The position numbers and the translations under genes are program-made. From a virus (Duplodnaviria > Caudoviricetes), in IMG/VR virus record IMGVR_UViG_3300032227_000993: 64,000 nucleotides of DNA, one strand, 5' to 3'. This document shows, piece after piece, positions 9,656-18,229 of this stretch (positions are counted from its first letter, which is position 1; every line of letters begins with the position of its first letter). The notes below the pieces were generated by a model, which was given only the letters and a program-made list of their open reading frames with translations, was not told where the DNA came from and did not search any database.

Positions 9656-10339
9656 TTATTTGTCAACCTCTCCGTAGAACAAGTGTTGTCCTGTGCGCTT
9701 TATGTATGTTTTGGACTTGGCCCAAATAGGACGGATTCCAGCAGCATGAAAGTACATGGCCTTGTTGTATTTGGCGTGATATTCCGGATACTCGCCGTCG
9801 GCTAAGCGTTGGGCAATTTCGCGACTTTCTATCCAGCGTTCGTCATCGGACTTGGGCTTTTTTGCGTAGCCTGAACATACCCAAGAGAATTGGCAAACTG
9901 GAACCTGTTCGGTAACTGTGTGTACAGTTGTTACTTTTTCTGGAGGACCAAAATACCCTACACGGATCATTTCAGTTTTCTTGACTTCCTTGGTTTTGGT
10001 AACAACTGTGCGAGCCTTGACAACATCACAAACTGATTTACCAAAGCGTGGATCTTGGGCACGGTTGAGAGTAACAATGCCTACGGCGATTTTGCCTTCT
10101 GTGGGTTCTCCACGTGACTCATAAAATATGTTACGAGCCAAACACTCTACATCTCGGTCTGACAGGAATGGAGTGGCGATTAAGTTAACAGTACGCTCTA
10201 CAAAACTTGTAGCTTGTTCTACCACTTGACCGCTAAATGTTGTGTTGTCTGCCAACACAATCGTTTCTTGTTTTACTTCTGCTGCTTGAACTACGGTAAC
10301 GCCTACTGCTAATAATAACGATAATAAGATATTCTTCAT
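9656..10339 (-). CDS. cell wall hydrolase, SleB/Hydrolase_2 family, with signal peptide
   Basis: CLARNIFYESRGE..EGKIAVG.VTLNR, CQFSW, YFHA...P.W, GQHLFY; start at MKNILLSLLL with AGAGGA RBS. Confidence 0.9.
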   Translation of the reverse strand: MKNILLSLLLAVGVTVVQAAEVKQETIVLADNTTFSGQVVEQATSFVERTVNLIATPFLSDRDVECLARNIFYESRGEPTEGKIAVGIVTLNRAQDPRFGKSVCDVVKARTVVTKTKEVKKTEMIRVGYFGPPEKVTTVHTVTEQVPVCQFSWVCSGYAKKPKSDDERWIESREIAQRLADGEYPEYHAKYNKAMYFHAAGIRPIWAKSKTYIKRTGQHLFYGEVDK

Positions 10340-10612
10340 TGTCGTTCCTCTACAGCAATACTGTGCTGTTCCAGCGGAGCCCCCAATGGGCGCATTGACA
10401 ATAATGGTATGTGGAGAATCGTTAGATAACGAGACCTCGGCCTTCTTTGGCATTTACTCTTTTGTGTATCAACATCAATACACAATACCATATTGTCAAC
10501 GAAGAGACGTTCCGACGGTCTCTTTCGAAACAGACAACAAAATCATTGTCTGGTGCGTGACTTAGATTTGTATTCCGGACAAGCCCGTCCGGCACTACTG
10601 TTATTCTATTAC
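10340..10612 (-). ncRNA. candidate structured RNA / long 5' leader of the cell wall hydrolase gene
   Basis: At least five inverted repeats, including a 15-bp long-range stem (10395-10410 with 10485-10499); TAAGTA promoter at 10619-10624; no family recognised. Confidence 0.5.
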
Positions 10613-10691
10613 TAATAATACTTAGTGAGTTTTTACATTCATTGTATATTAAGTTAATGTTTTGTTAATTTTTTACCATAATATGCTACTA

Positions 10692-11273
10692 TTATCTATC
10701 TTCGGCCTTTAATGCGGCCCACATAGCGGTTTTTTCTTTAAGGTCAGCTTCTAACTTACGATATTGGTCGCCTACCTCTTTTAATTCTGTCCATTCTTTT
10801 TCTAATTCAGTGTTTGGAACTAGTATGTTTAATCTTTCTTCCAAGGCTTGTAGTGTGTCTACTAAACTTTTTCCGTTGATGTTGATGTCGGCATCTTTAC
10901 CTTCAAGGTTTAACTTGCCGCCGGTTATGGTATTACTAGCCCAAGGGCTTCCGCCCCCAGTACCAGTGGTATATGTGTATCCAGATCCAGTACTAAGGTT
11001 GTTAGCGGAAATAGAAGTGTTGGCGTACCTGGGCGCCACTGTAACTGATGTTGGTGTGTAAGTAGCTGTAGCGGCTGGGCTACTGATAATTACTGTACCC
11101 GAACCTGCGTTAGGAGGTACTGCCCCGTAGCCTGGGTGTAAGGATCCAGACTTTATTGCTGGCAATGGTCCAGCGGTTATGGTTCCTGTGTAGTAGCCTG
11201 GGTCTTCTGTGGTCACAGTTTCTGTTCCGTCACAGTTGTAGCTAATGTCGTATTTTTTTTCCGTAAGATCCAT
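10692..11273 (-). CDS. hypothetical protein (T/G-rich N-terminal part, coiled-coil C-terminus)
   Basis: 193-aa ORF. Confidence 0.6.
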   Translation of the reverse strand: MDLTEKKYDISYNCDGTETVTTEDPGYYTGTITAGPLPAIKSGSLHPGYGAVPPNAGSGTVIISSPAATATYTPTSVTVAPRYANTSISANNLSTGSGYTYTTGTGGGSPWASNTITGGKLNLEGKDADININGKSLVDTLQALEERLNILVPNTELEKEWTELKEVGDQYRKLEADLKEKTAMWAALKAEDR

Positions 11274-11419
11274 GTGCCATCTTTGTTATCAATCCATTCA
11301 AGTGTGTCGCCGACTTCCCAGCCGGCGGCTTCGCACACTTCATCGCCAAGATCCAAAATTAAGTCACCTGTTGCTGGATCCTTGACAATAGTTCTAGTCC
11401 AATTACTTGGCTGTGGCAA
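11213..11419 (-). CDS. AbrB/MazE-like swapped-hairpin small protein
   Basis: GDLILDLGDEVCEAAGWEVGDTLEW....GTWIL pattern. Confidence 0.55.
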   Translation of the reverse strand: MPQPSNWTRTIVKDPATGDLILDLGDEVCEAAGWEVGDTLEWIDNKDGTWILRKKNTTLATTVTEQKL

Positions 11420-11594
11420 GTGCTTCTTTCTCAGCAGTAATTTCTTTACGACGCTCTTTGATGCCTTTGCTCATTTCTTGTAAGGCCTTGCGAGCACGGG
11501 CGGCTGCAGCTTTTACACCTTTGCCTGTAAACTTTTCGTTTTCTGCGATGTAATTATTAAATGCTGTTACGATTGCGTCATGTTGTTGTGACAT
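11403..11594 (-). CDS. histone H1-like nucleoid protein (Hc1 family)
   Basis: KGVKAAAARARKAL.E..K..KERRKEI resembles chlamydial Hc1 KGNKAAAQRVR. Confidence 0.65.
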   Translation of the reverse strand: MSQQHDAIVTAFNNYIAENEKFTGKGVKAAAARARKALQEMSKGIKERRKEITAEKEALATAK

Positions 11595-11634
11595 TGTTAT
11601 TTCCTTTATAATTAAAATGTGTACTACAAGTTTA

Positions 11635-11662
11635 ATTATACACGATTTTTATCGTATGTCAA
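11635..11662 (-). promoter_or_regulatory. sigma70-type promoter TTGACA-16-TATAAT
   Basis: Perfect hexamers upstream of the Hc1-like gene. Confidence 0.7.
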
Positions 11663-11671
11663 ATTTTTAGG

Positions 11672-11914
11672 CTAGAACGAAATGTGTCGTTTTAGGTAAG
11701 TATCCCATATTAGGATATTATCCCAAGATTGGTTCCAGGTAACCACAAAGATCATTAGTGTATTATGATCAAAGATGTGCATCTTGTTGTCGTCAACTCG
11801 ACATTGTATTGACTTACTGGTATTAGACCATTTTTGTAAGTGATTGCGGGCTTCTGTGTCCCGCATGATGATGGTGTACAATGGGTCACCATTCTTATAT
11901 ATTGGCAAGGTCAT
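11672..11914 (-). CDS. hypothetical protein
   Basis: 80-aa ORF in an operon-like arrangement. Confidence 0.6.
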   Translation of the reverse strand: MTLPIYKNGDPLYTIIMRDTEARNHLQKWSNTSKSIQCRVDDNKMHIFDHNTLMIFVVTWNQSWDNILIWDTYLKRHISF

Positions 11915-11917
11915 TAA

Positions 11918-12676
11918 TTATTTACGCTCAATATCTTCTTCTCGGCAGTTGGTACCATATTGTATTTCTATTATGCGGCAAGGAGATCCAAATGGATTAG
12001 TTAACTGATGCCACGCGCCTACCTGTATTTTGTATTCTTGGTGTGTGCTTAATAGCATTGGCGGTAATTGGTATCCATCTTCGGTAATGGTATTAACTGC
12101 GCAGGCACCTTCCTCTACTATCCAGTACTCAGCTCGTTCATTGTGCTTTTGCATACTCAAGCTCTTACCTGAGTCTACTGTAAGTTCTTTAACTTTCATG
12201 CCAGGTGCTTCGTGTAGTACTCGATAGTAACCCCATTGACGTTCGGTCTTGGGTGCTTTCCATTCTTGTAAAATCCAACTGCTACTATTGGCCTTGTCCT
12301 CACCGCCTACCCCAAATACAAATTCTACACCAGGTACACTCATTTCTGGAATGTTGTCTTGTGTACGATCACCGCCATTGGCAAAAATAATATGCGCCTC
12401 TGGATAATGAGCGCGAACCTGTTCCAACAAGTGACAAGCGGTACCGTCACTGTCATCAAAAGTGTAAACTTCTTCAACTGCGGCTAGATTGTTGACTACG
12501 CATAAGCGTTCAGTCCAGGGCATGAAAGCACGGCCCTTTTTACGGGCCAGCCACTCGTCGCTGTTAATACCTACAATTAACATATCGCCCAGCAAACGTG
12601 CTTGTTTGATCAATTTAATGTGACCTGAGTGTAACGGATCGAATCCGCCACTACATACTACAATTTTTGTTTTCAT
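11918..12676 (-). CDS. cytidylyltransferase-like domain fused to a mannose-6-phosphate isomerase-type cupin
   Basis: SGGFDPLHSGH (HxGH), GINSDEWL.RKKG; RQWGYYRVL, LSMQKH..RAEYW cupin. Confidence 0.85.
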   Translation of the reverse strand: MKTKIVVCSGGFDPLHSGHIKLIKQARLLGDMLIVGINSDEWLARKKGRAFMPWTERLCVVNNLAAVEEVYTFDDSDGTACHLLEQVRAHYPEAHIIFANGGDRTQDNIPEMSVPGVEFVFGVGGEDKANSSSWILQEWKAPKTERQWGYYRVLHEAPGMKVKELTVDSGKSLSMQKHNERAEYWIVEEGACAVNTITEDGYQLPPMLLSTHQEYKIQVGAWHQLTNPFGSPCRIIEIQYGTNCREEDIERK

Positions 12677-12918
12677 TAATGTATAATTTTATTAGGACTT
12701 TCGTCTGGTAAAGAATTTAGTGCTTTGATGTACTTAGTAAACTTTTCATCTAATTCAATGATGTCATCGTCTTGGTCGGCCGCTCTTTCATTGCTCACGC
12801 CAATCAATCGCATGAGTCCGCCCATATGGATGTAATTAATGCCGTGCTTTTGTAGCACCAACATAATCTCCATGATTAGTTTGCGAGCTTCCCACTCTAG
12901 ATCTTTATCATCTGCCAT
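12676..12918 (-). CDS. hypothetical protein
   Basis: ORF abutting the next gene. Confidence 0.6.
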   Translation of the reverse strand: MADDKDLEWEARKLIMEIMLVLQKHGINYIHMGGLMRLIGVSNERAADQDDDIIELDEKFTKYIKALNSLPDESPNKIIH

Positions 12919-12958
12919 ACTATAATTTAGCACAGAAGATTTTAAAGATAAAAATTGG

Positions 12959-14374
12959 TCAGCGGGCCAGCAAGTCCGGTAGTACTAGTTTATGTACTGT
13001 AACTGTAGATGTGGCCACTTGCTGTGGTTCTAGGGCTGTTACCTTGGGAGCATTAGCGTCACGCTCAAAGTTACCAGCTACTACTTCTAAGTCCTGTACC
13101 GTTAAGTTGCCGGCCAATTGCTTGAGCTTTAGTGTAGCGGCTAGGTAAGTGTATTTGGCCTGTGCTAAATCTTTCTGGGCTGTAACCAGGACTTTTTCAG
13201 CCAATAGTACATCAACTGAAATACGCTCACCGGCCTGTACACTTTTACGCATGGCCTTGGTTAATTCGCTACCGGATTCAACAGCACGTTCTAATGCTGC
13301 TACCTTTTGACGGCTGGATACCACTAGGTCATATTGCCGACGTAATTCTGTAATCACACGACTGCGAACAGCTTCTGTATCAGCTTGTGCTTTTTCCCAA
13401 TTGGCATTGGCCTGTTTAGTTAGACCATATGTTTGTCCGCCGTTGCTCAATTGCCAAGTTGCTTGTACACCAACCATGGTGCTGTTGGCAGTTTGGTTAA
13501 TGGTAGAAACATAGTAAGAACTTTGTTGGTTGTATTGCGCAATAGCAGAGATGACCGGCGCATTGTTGCTTATCTGTTTGTTGTATTCTTGTTTGGCCGC
13601 TTCTTCGCTATTTTTGGCCGCAGCAATCTCTGCGTTGTTAGATAACGCTGTGTCTTGCCATTGGTCAAATGTCATTGCGACCGGAGAAACTTTAAAGTTT
13701 GTGCTTAATTTTTTAACTTCGGCAGCCGAGTTTAATTTAACACCCATCATTGCTTCTAGTTTACGACGAGCATTTTCTAAGTTGTCTTTGGCTTCGATAA
13801 CCTGTACATCAGCTAACTCAAAACTTGCCTTGGTTTCTAGCACTTCGGTCACTGTGCCATCACCGGCCCGAAGTCTACGTTCATTGATGGTCACTTGCTC
13901 TCGGTACGCATCACGTTGTGCTGTGTAGTAAGTAATTTGATCACGATAAAATAATACTTCTGTGTAGGCCTGTGTAGTACGCACCAATAACTCTTGTGAG
14001 TTGTGTACAAACTTGGACCGGGCCATGTCTGCTTGTGCGTAGCCTTGTTTGGCACTGGCCCAGGCATTCAAGTTGATCAATGCTTGTGTAAGTTGTACAC
14101 CACCGTTGGTACTTGGATAGGTCATGTTATTTGTTGAATAACCTGTTTGACTAATCCTAGTGGCGTTGCTTGCTTGATAAAAGTTAGCAGATATCTGTGG
14201 TAACAAACCAGCACGACCAATAATCTTGTTAGCATCTCCGGCTTCAAACTCTTTGGTCGCTACCTTGTATGCTGGATCGTTCACAAGGGCTAGGTCATAT
14301 GCCTGCATCAAATCTAGGGCATTGGCATTAGACATTAGCAACGCGGTTGATACAGCTAACAGTGACTTCTTCAT
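12959..14374 (-). CDS. type I secretion outer membrane protein (TolC/PrtF/AprF family)
   Basis: Sec signal MKKSLLAVSTALLMSNANA, then LDL.QAY..AL.NDP, GRAGLLPQI; GER..VDVL.AE near the C-terminus. Confidence 0.92.
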   Translation of the reverse strand: MKKSLLAVSTALLMSNANALDLMQAYDLALVNDPAYKVATKEFEAGDANKIIGRAGLLPQISANFYQASNATRISQTGYSTNNMTYPSTNGGVQLTQALINLNAWASAKQGYAQADMARSKFVHNSQELLVRTTQAYTEVLFYRDQITYYTAQRDAYREQVTINERRLRAGDGTVTEVLETKASFELADVQVIEAKDNLENARRKLEAMMGVKLNSAAEVKKLSTNFKVSPVAMTFDQWQDTALSNNAEIAAAKNSEEAAKQEYNKQISNNAPVISAIAQYNQQSSYYVSTINQTANSTMVGVQATWQLSNGGQTYGLTKQANANWEKAQADTEAVRSRVITELRRQYDLVVSSRQKVAALERAVESGSELTKAMRKSVQAGERISVDVLLAEKVLVTAQKDLAQAKYTYLAATLKLKQLAGNLTVQDLEVVAGNFERDANAPKVTALEPQQVATSTVTVHKLVLPDLLAR

Positions 14375-14375
14375 A

Positions 14376-15374
14376 TTATTCCTCGCGTAGTGCTGAATGA
14401 GCACGGTCTACAACAGGTTTAAACAAATAGGATAATAATGTGCGTTCACCAGTTACCACAAACACTTCAGTTGGCATACCCGGACGTACTTGATTACTTG
14501 CTAATAACTTCTTACCAGCAGGAGTTACCTCTACTTGTATCTTGTAATAAGACATTCCTGACTTGGGATCTTGTGTAGTATTGGCCGCTACCCTAGTAAC
14601 TGTTGCTGGAATACTAGGAGTGGTACTTTGATTAAATGCCGGAAACATTACTTCAACTGGAAGACCCTTGTGTACCTTGTCAATCATGTTGGTCGGCAAG
14701 TGTGCTTCTACTACCAAGGGCATATTTTGCGGGACCACTTCCATTACCTTGGTACCTGCTTGGATAACTGCGCCTGGATTGTACACTTCCAAATTGGCCA
14801 CTGTACCACTCACCGGAGCCTTGAGTTCTGCGTTGGCAAGATCAAAGTCACTAGCTGGTAGTTTGGCCTGTTCTTCGGCCAAGGCTGAACTGACCTGCGA
14901 ATAGTTGCGTTCTGCGTCAATCAACTTGTTGCGTGACATATAACCGTCTTTGGCCAGTTCACGATAACCTGCTAACTGTTCTTTGATCAAGACCAGTTGG
15001 CGTTGTTTACTAGCAATAGATTCACGGAGTGCTGTGTTCTGTGCTGTTTGCTGTGTAGCGTTCATACGAGCTAGGACTTGTCCTGCCACGACTTGGTCGC
15101 CTTCTTTGACCAGGATTTCTTTAACGATGCCGCCTTGTGCTGACTGGATAGTTTGACGATGACCGTCTGTGATGACTACGCCTGCGGCTGGTACACCTTT
15201 GTCTAACGGAGCAAGACCTGCCCACAGCATAAAGCCGCCAAATCCTACAGCTACAACCAACATACCAACACGAGCGTAATGTGTTTCATCTTGCTCGATA
15301 TCTTTGTTAACAGTAGCTTCTGCTACCACATTAAACTTGTGTTTGAGCCAGTTTTTAGATTGTGTTTTTAACAT
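14376..15374 (-). CDS. type I secretion membrane fusion protein (HlyD/PrtE/AprE family), shortened
   Basis: TM GMLVVAVGFGGFMLWA, APLDKGV.A.G, GGIVKEILVKEGD.V..GQVL, APVSGTV, G.RTLLSYLFKP. Confidence 0.92.
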   Translation of the reverse strand: MLKTQSKNWLKHKFNVVAEATVNKDIEQDETHYARVGMLVVAVGFGGFMLWAGLAPLDKGVPAAGVVITDGHRQTIQSAQGGIVKEILVKEGDQVVAGQVLARMNATQQTAQNTALRESIASKQRQLVLIKEQLAGYRELAKDGYMSRNKLIDAERNYSQVSSALAEEQAKLPASDFDLANAELKAPVSGTVANLEVYNPGAVIQAGTKVMEVVPQNMPLVVEAHLPTNMIDKVHKGLPVEVMFPAFNQSTTPSIPATVTRVAANTTQDPKSGMSYYKIQVEVTPAGKKLLASNQVRPGMPTEVFVVTGERTLLSYLFKPVVDRAHSALREE

Positions 15375-15378
15375 ATTA

Positions 15379-17079
15379 TTACTCACTTGGTTGTGCCTCA
15401 CGGTTTAAATTCATAATGTCCGACAATACCTTGTCTGTGGTACCAAATGCTGTCATCATACCGCCGTGTAAGACCATTAGCTGTGTGGTCTCTTGGATAA
15501 TGTCCGGACGATGTGTGATCAATACAACTGTAGTGCCAGCCAAACGCAACTGTCTAATGGCGTTTGTCAAGGCTGACTCACCCACTTGGTCCAAGTTTGA
15601 ATTGGGTTCGTCTAGAACAACCAAAGCTGGATCATTGTAAAGAGCACGGGCCAGGGCTACACGTTGTTTCTCTCCGCCTGATAGACCTGTACCATCTACG
15701 CCAATTGTAGTATCGTAACCGTTGGGCATACGCAAGATCATATCGTGTACTCCAGCCAGTGTTGCGGCTTTAACTACTGCTTGAGAATCAATGTTGCCAA
15801 ACCTAGCAATGTTCTCACTGATAGTACCAGCAAATAGCTCAATGTCTTGTGGCAAGTAACCAATGTTGGGTCCTAACTCATCCTTGTTCCACTTGCTAAT
15901 ATCCGCACCATCTAGTCGTACTGTACCAATTGTTGGAGCACCAATGCCTACCAACAACCTAGCTAATGTAGATTTACCTGCGCCCGACTGACCAATAATG
16001 CCCAAGCAATCACCTGCGTCAATACCAAAGTTCAAGTTCTTTAATACTGCAGCTGTGGTACCTACTGGCGCCGCTGTTACGCCTTCTACATTCAATCGAC
16101 CTACGGGTTTAGGTAATGTCATGCCCGGCCTACGAGCTGGGTTTTTAGATAACAATAGATCCAGTCGCTTGTAGGCACTGACCACGCCAGCCCATTGACG
16201 CCATACTCCAATGATTTGTTCTACTGGGGCAAGTGTACGTCCCAACAAAATACTAGCAGCAATCATCATACCCGAAGTTACTTGGCCTTTGATCACTAGC
16301 CATGCTGCTACACCAAGTATCAAACTCTGTGCCGCGGTGCGAACAAATTTGGTAACAGCCGCAATCTTGTGAGCTCGTTGGCTAGCAGTTTGTTGCAAGG
16401 ATAAAAACTTGCTGTGTTCACTGTACCAACGTTGGCGCATATTAGGTAACATACCCATGGCATCGATCACTTCTGCGTTACGCAACGTATTACCAGCCAT
16501 GTTGGTAGATCTCACACTGGCATCACTTGCTTCAGTCAAGGCCTTGTGAGATACCAACTCGTTAATCCAAGCAAGACCTACCAGCAATATTGTACTCAGT
16601 AAAGCAAATACGCCTAGCCATGGATTAAAAATAAAGATAATAGCAAGATAAATTGGAAACCAAGGAGCGTCAAAAAACGCAAACACACCTGTGCCAGTTA
16701 CAAACTGCCTGATAGTGCTCAAGTCATTCAAGGCTTGTCCAGCATTTACTCCATCTTTGGTCAAGTTCTGTTCAAACGCCGCGGTGTAAACACGTTGATT
16801 TAATTCAACGTCTATCTTGGCACCTACTCGTAACACGACCATGCTGCGAAAATATTCAATAACAGAAGTTAGTGCGTAAAGACCTGCGGCCATCACAGTA
16901 AGCATGACCAATGTGTATTGATTATGACTTGCTAACACTCTATCATAAACTTCCATCATGTACATGGATGGAACCAAAAGCAAAATGTTAATTACCACAG
17001 TAAAGATACCGATAGCATAAAACACCTGCTTGAATTTGTAAAGTGTTTGAACTATTTCGTTTTGATTATTTTCGCGCAT
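15379..17079 (-). CDS. type I secretion ABC transporter (PrtD/AprD family)
   Basis: YMMEVYDRVL.S; Walker A GQSGAGKST; LSGGEKQR; Walker B VLDEPNSNLD; ITHR. Confidence 0.95.
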   Translation of the reverse strand: MRENNQNEIVQTLYKFKQVFYAIGIFTVVINILLLVPSMYMMEVYDRVLASHNQYTLVMLTVMAAGLYALTSVIEYFRSMVVLRVGAKIDVELNQRVYTAAFEQNLTKDGVNAGQALNDLSTIRQFVTGTGVFAFFDAPWFPIYLAIIFIFNPWLGVFALLSTILLVGLAWINELVSHKALTEASDASVRSTNMAGNTLRNAEVIDAMGMLPNMRQRWYSEHSKFLSLQQTASQRAHKIAAVTKFVRTAAQSLILGVAAWLVIKGQVTSGMMIAASILLGRTLAPVEQIIGVWRQWAGVVSAYKRLDLLLSKNPARRPGMTLPKPVGRLNVEGVTAAPVGTTAAVLKNLNFGIDAGDCLGIIGQSGAGKSTLARLLVGIGAPTIGTVRLDGADISKWNKDELGPNIGYLPQDIELFAGTISENIARFGNIDSQAVVKAATLAGVHDMILRMPNGYDTTIGVDGTGLSGGEKQRVALARALYNDPALVVLDEPNSNLDQVGESALTNAIRQLRLAGTTVVLITHRPDIIQETTQLMVLHGGMMTAFGTTDKVLSDIMNLNREAQPSE

Positions 17080-17091
17080 GATTGTCTTCTA

Positions 17092-18183
17092 TTAAAGAGC
17101 ATTAAGGGTAGCGGCAATTTGTCCTGACACTGGACTAGACCATAAGTCAACACCCAATCTGGCCATTTGCTGATAGCCGGGACCACTGGTAACATACCAA
17201 GGATCATATTCACCAATGGTAACACCCTTGACTCCAGCATTTTTTGACACATTGACAAAGGCCTGATAAGCCATTACCTGCTCTTGATGATTGGTTTGTA
17301 TGCTATTGAGCGCACCTGGGTTAGAAAGGAATAACTGCCATGCTGATGTGCCTGTGCCTACGCCGGCTTGTGCTTCATCGTTGTAGTGGGCAATAAATGT
17401 TTTGTTACCATAAGCATCGGCCATATTTTTTAACAGTTGTGCGTGACCTGTAGCGTTCCAACCTGCTTCGATTTGTGCCACACTAGTGCCGGTACCGATG
17501 GGTGGTTTGACTTGATAATCTACAATATTGACCATGCCAAACACTGAGTTATTGTAAAATGCTTCGTAGCCAACTGGTCCGCTGTAGGCAGATTTAACTG
17601 CGGCGATCACTGGGGCAAAATATGCTTGAGCATTGGCACCAGTATCAAATCCCAAGTTATTACTGCCAACAAAAAAGCCATCTACCTTGTGTGCTTGTGC
17701 TTGTGCCGCAAGACCTTTGTCATAAGCCGCTACGTTGGCCCATACTTGGCTGGCACTAACCCCGGCAGCCAACGGTGAGCTTGAAGTAAACGCAGGGTCA
17801 GCTGCGTTGACTGATCCGTCTGGGTTAACACCAATGTCCACACTGGCCTTGATGTAAACTTTAAGACCAATATTTTTAGCATAGTCTACAATAGACCAAA
17901 AGTCTTTTGGTAACGGATGGCCAGCACTATCAATGCTGCCATCTTTGGCGTTGACGGAAACCTGAGCGGCCATGGTCACAGTATTGTACCCTTCGGCCTT
18001 TAGCTGTGCCAACTTTGGGTTGATGTTACCGGCTGTATTGGCTCCGCCCATTTCGTAACGTATATCTAAGTAAGTATTTTTAATTGCCATTCCTGGACTC
18101 CCTGTTTGAGGACCGGCCGAAGAACCTCCGCCGCTGCTACCACCCCCAAAAAGACTTCCAAAGAAATCAAAAAAACCGGACAT
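17092..18183 (-). CDS. putative T1SS passenger, GH113/GTA-TIM-like barrel protein
   Basis: First gene of the T1SS operon; no Cys, no Sec signal; AK..GLKVYIK..VD, Y...AA.A....V..F.VG pattern of GH113-like barrels. Confidence 0.6.
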   Translation of the reverse strand: MSGFFDFFGSLFGGGSSGGGSSAGPQTGSPGMAIKNTYLDIRYEMGGANTAGNINPKLAQLKAEGYNTVTMAAQVSVNAKDGSIDSAGHPLPKDFWSIVDYAKNIGLKVYIKASVDIGVNPDGSVNAADPAFTSSSPLAAGVSASQVWANVAAYDKGLAAQAQAHKVDGFFVGSNNLGFDTGANAQAYFAPVIAAVKSAYSGPVGYEAFYNNSVFGMVNIVDYQVKPPIGTGTSVAQIEAGWNATGHAQLLKNMADAYGNKTFIAHYNDEAQAGVGTGTSAWQLFLSNPGALNSIQTNHQEQVMAYQAFVNVSKNAGVKGVTIGEYDPWYVTSGPGYQQMARLGVDLWSSPVSGQIAATLNAL

Positions 18184-18204
18184 GATAGTTCCTTCATTGT
18201 TTGA

Positions 18205-18228
18205 AACGGGGGCCTAAGCCCCCTGTTT
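18205..18228 (-). terminator. GC-rich hairpin (GGGGGC-TTAG-GCCCCC) with weak U tract
   Basis: Inverted repeat between 18230..18562 and the T1SS operon. Confidence 0.45.
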
Positions 18229-18229
18229 G

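Noticed and set aside
10340-10620. Possible c-di-AMP (ydaO) or c-di-GMP riboswitch, or tmRNA, because it precedes a cell wall hydrolase
   Set aside because: The conserved nucleotides of those families were not found by eye; it is kept only as an unnamed structured RNA candidate.
17092-18183. RTX calcium-binding repeats in the T1SS passenger
   Set aside because: GGGSSGGGSS is a plain linker; there are no GGxGxDxLx nonapeptides.
12959-18183. The T1SS as host contamination or a prophage-flanking host locus
   Set aside because: Both flanks continue directly into phage-type genes with the same promoter motifs, strand and gene packing; read-level confirmation is still needed.
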